From sequence record MT446411.1: DNA of 64,000 nucleotides; one strand, given 5' to 3'. The stretch comes from Escherichia virus TH40. This document shows positions 61,350-64,000 of this stretch, piece after piece; position 1 is the stretch's first letter; each line of letters starts with the position of its first letter. The notes beneath the pieces were generated by a model. That model had not been told where the DNA came from and did not search any database. It saw only the letters and a program-made list of their open reading frames with translations. The position numbers and the translations under genes are program-made.

Positions 61350-62849
61350 ATGGATATTAAAATCAACTTTCTAAATTTTAGTCACGTGCATGTTGAATGT
61401 GAAGATGGAATCTTCTACGAACTCCGTGATTACTTCAGCTTCGAAGCTGAAAACTATCGCTTCAATCCAAAATTCAAGCAGGGAGTTTGGGACGGACGAA
61501 TCCGCCTCCTGGATTACAATCGTAAATTACCATACGGTTTGGTTAATCAAATTAAAAAGTTCGCTGACCAGTTTGGCTATTCATTCTGGATTGACCCACA
61601 AATCACCGAGAAAGAAGAAATCTCTCGCGAAGAATTCGACAAATGGGTCGAGTCAAAAGAAATCTATTCAGGCAATACTAAGATAACGCCCCATTGGTAT
61701 CAATCTGACGCCGTATATGATGGTCTGGTCAACAGAAGAAAGATTCTGAACTTACCTACGTCTGCAGGTAAAAGTCTCATCCAGGCGCTTCTGGCGCGAT
61801 ATTATCTCGAGAACTATGAAGGCAAGGTACTTATCCTTGTTCCTACAACCGCGCTTGTTGACCAGATGATTAATGACTTTGTTGATTATCGTCTGTTCCC
61901 TCGTGAAGCTTGTCTGGGTATTCGTTCTGGTACCAAACGCGATTCTGATGCGATGATTTATGTATCGACTTATCAGACGGCTGTAAAACAACCTAAAGAA
62001 TGGTTTGAACAGTTTGGTCAGTTTATGAATGACGAATGTCATATGGCTACAGGTAAATCAATTTCGACGGTTATCGAAGGCCTTACGAATTGTATGTTTA
62101 AATTTGGTTTGTCCGGTTCACTCCGTGACGGCAAAGCCAACCTTATGCAATATATGGGTCTGTTTGGTGATATCTTTAAACCAGTATCAACATCTAAATT
62201 GATGGAAGATGGTCAGGTCACTGACCTTAAAATAAATAGTATTTTCCTTCGTTACCCTGATGAATTTACCGTTAAAATGAAAGGTAAAACTTATCAGGAT
62301 GAAATTAAGGTAATTACAAAAGCTACACGCCGAAATAAATGGGTAACAAATCTTGCTCTCAAGCTTGCTAAAAAAGATGAAAACGTCTTTTTGATGTTTA
62401 AGAATATCGAGCACGGTAAATCGATGTTTGAAATGCTTAAGGAAGCTGGTCATGAGAAAGTGTATTATGTTTCCGGGGAAGTTGATACCGAAACTCGTAA
62501 TGCATTAAAGGTCATGGCAGAGAATGGAAAGGGAATTATCGTTGTAGCTTCATATGGCGTATTCTCGACGGGTATTTCCGTTAAAAACCTCCATCATATT
62601 ATTTTCGCCCACCCGGTCAAGTCAAAGGTAATTGTACTCCAGACAATTGGTCGTGTGCTTCGAAAACATGAATCCAAATCACAAGCAAACGTTTTTGATA
62701 TCGTGGATGATATGGGGGTTAAACCTAAATCGGTAAATGCTAAAAAGAAATATGTTCATTTGAACTTTGCCCTAAAACATGGTCTTGAACGTATACAACG
62801 ATATGCTGATGAACGTTTTAACTATGTAATTAAACAGGTGGAAATTTGA
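61350..62849 (+). CDS. uvsW: UvsW ATP-dependent DNA/RNA helicase
   Basis: From ATG 61350: MDIKINFLNFSHVHVECEDGIFYELRDYF..., DExH helicase motifs (LPTSAGKS, MNDECH) match T4 UvsW. Confidence 0.92.
   Translation: MDIKINFLNFSHVHVECEDGIFYELRDYFSFEAENYRFNPKFKQGVWDGRIRLLDYNRKLPYGLVNQIKKFADQFGYSFWIDPQITEKEEISREEFDKWVESKEIYSGNTKITPHWYQSDAVYDGLVNRRKILNLPTSAGKSLIQALLARYYLENYEGKVLILVPTTALVDQMINDFVDYRLFPREACLGIRSGTKRDSDAMIYVSTYQTAVKQPKEWFEQFGQFMNDECHMATGKSISTVIEGLTNCMFKFGLSGSLRDGKANLMQYMGLFGDIFKPVSTSKLMEDGQVTDLKINSIFLRYPDEFTVKMKGKTYQDEIKVITKATRRNKWVTNLALKLAKKDENVFLMFKNIEHGKSMFEMLKEAGHEKVYYVSGEVDTETRNALKVMAENGKGIIVVASYGVFSTGISVKNLHHIIFAHPVKSKVIVLQTIGRVLRKHESKSQANVFDIVDDMGVKPKSVNAKKKYVHLNFALKHGLERIQRYADERFNYVIKQVEI
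62827..62845 (+). repeat. 19-bp direct repeat, copy 1 (3' end of uvsW)
   Basis: taattaaacaggtggaaat, identical to 63519..63537. Confidence 0.8.
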
Positions 62850-63541
62850 ATTATCAAAAAATATATGATGATTTAATTGGGAGTCGAAAGGCTTCCAAAC
62901 CGATTGGATATACAGAATCTCACCATATCATTCCAGAATGTATGGGTGGGCCTGATACACAAGAAAACAGAGTCAACCTTACTCCGGAAGAACATTTCAT
63001 TGCACATAAATTATTGGCCAAAATTCATCCCAATCATTACGGTCTTATAAAGGCCGTCATTGCTATGGGTATGAGCTCTCGGACACACCAACGACAATTT
63101 AATAAATCGTATGGATGGGAGCGTAGACAAATGTCAGTTCTTCAAACGGGTGAAGGTAATCCTTTTTATGGTAAGCACCATACTGAAGAACATAAAGAAT
63201 ATATGAGTCAATTATTGAAGGGTCGCAAAATAACTTGGGCTGATAAAATATCCGTGACAAAGAAAGCGAATCCGTATAAATACTCTCAAGCACAATGTCA
63301 AGCTATATCAGAAAGAAATAAAGGTGAAGGCAATTGGATGTATGGTAAATCACATACACCAGAAGCATCGAAGAAAATTTCAGATAAAGCGAAAGAACGT
63401 TATAAAGACCCGTCTAAAAATCCGGCAGCTAAAAAGGTTGTTATAGGTGGAGTTGAATATGGTTCAATGAAACAAGCTTCAGAAGCTACGGGGCTTTCTA
63501 AATATAAAATTAGAAATTTAATTAAACAGGTGGAAATATAA
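62846..63541 (+). mobile_element. freestanding HNH-family homing endonuclease gene with NUMOD-like repeats
   Basis: 231 aa; HNH core ESHHIIPECMGG...ENRVNLTPEEHFIAH, NUMOD-like GNPFYGKHHTEEHK and GNWMYGKSHTPEASKK, helix-turn-helix-like C-terminus; TTG start overlapping uvsW stop; inserted between uvsW and uvsW.1. Confidence 0.65.
63519..63537 (+). repeat. 19-bp direct repeat, copy 2 (3' end of HNH gene)
   Basis: taattaaacaggtggaaat; both uvsW and the HNH ORF end with residues ...IKQVEI. Confidence 0.8.
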
Positions 63542-63768
63542 TGAAATCCTTCGAAGAAATTATGTACGAAGCATCAATTGAAGGCTTTATGGCTAAGATT
63601 GGTTCCTGCCAGACCATAGACGGTCTGAAGGAGTTGGAAAGCTATTATAAAAAACGCAGTAAAGAAGCTGAACTAAAAGATTCCGATGATATCAGTGTTC
63701 GTGATGCTCTTGCCGGTAAACGCGCCGAGCTTGAGGATATGGACGATGATGAAGACGAAGATTTCTAA
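63541..63768 (+). CDS. uvsW.1: UvsW.1-like small acidic protein
   Basis: 75 aa beginning MKSFEE, ATG overlapping upstream stop (TAATG). Confidence 0.7.
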   Translation: MKSFEEIMYEASIEGFMAKIGSCQTIDGLKELESYYKKRSKEAELKDSDDISVRDALAGKRAELEDMDDDEDEDF

Positions 63769-63774
63769 ATAAAA

Positions 63775-63800
63775 AGGCCCCAACCAAAAGGAAGGGGCAA
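63775..63800 (-). terminator. intrinsic terminator for minus-strand transcript
   Basis: minus-strand gcccc-ttccttttggtt-ggggc followed by ctttttattta. Confidence 0.5.
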
Positions 63801-63825
63801 AACCAAAAATGGTTAACAACACTAG

Positions 63826-63993
63826 CTAAATTAAAAGTTGGGTCTCGTTCAGTTGCTCTTCTGTATTTTCCGTAACTGGCAAACTCTGAACATAATTATA
63901 ACAGGCGCCCGGATGCACCGGACCTTGGTCTGTATCCACAACCAATGCAGAATCGATTGGAGTTTTACAGACAACACAAATCTTATCTGACAT
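63826..63993 (-). CDS. hypothetical small Cys-containing protein (below ORF-track length cutoff)
   Basis: 55-aa ORF translated by hand: MSDKICVVCKTPIDSALVVDTDQGPVHPGACYNYVQSLPVTENTEEQLNETQLLI; followed by terminator. Confidence 0.35.
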   Translation of the reverse strand: MSDKICVVCKTPIDSALVVDTDQGPVHPGACYNYVQSLPVTENTEEQLNETQLLI

Positions 63994-64000
63994 GATTGTC

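Overview
This window is a T4-like (Tevenvirinae-type) phage genome segment, identified by eye from protein similarity to T4 and from T4-style promoter motifs; no search was run. Positions 1-25080 are an early/accessory block on the minus strand: tk, regB, denV, lysozyme e, nudE, a small tRNA cluster, the internal-protein (ipI-like) locus, 57B, 57A, and genes 1, 3, 2, 4. Positions 25100-57700 are the late structural block on the plus strand: baseplate 53, 5, 5.4, 6-12, wac, neck 13-15, terminase 16/17, sheath 18, tube 19, portal 20, prohead core 67/68, protease 21, scaffold 22, capsid 23 and two tandem gene-24 paralogs, most preceded by TATAAATA late-promoter motifs and followed by hairpin+T-run terminators. 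Then rnlB, two small ORFs, hoc and inh on the minus strand, and uvsW / uvsW.1 on the plus strand. The most notable features are: seven small proteins carrying the N-terminal capsid-targeting sequence of T4 internal proteins (candidate injected anti-defence cargo); a macro-domain protein; a 57B/Acb1-like 2H phosphoesterase; two freestanding homing endonuclease genes, one flanked by a 19-bp duplication of the uvsW 3' end; tandem small-gene families sharing C-terminal tails; and a repeated early-promoter cassette. The supplied ORF track translates TTG/GTG starts as M; several starts were moved to an internal ATG with a Shine-Dalgarno (SD) motif, and unverified starts are marked.
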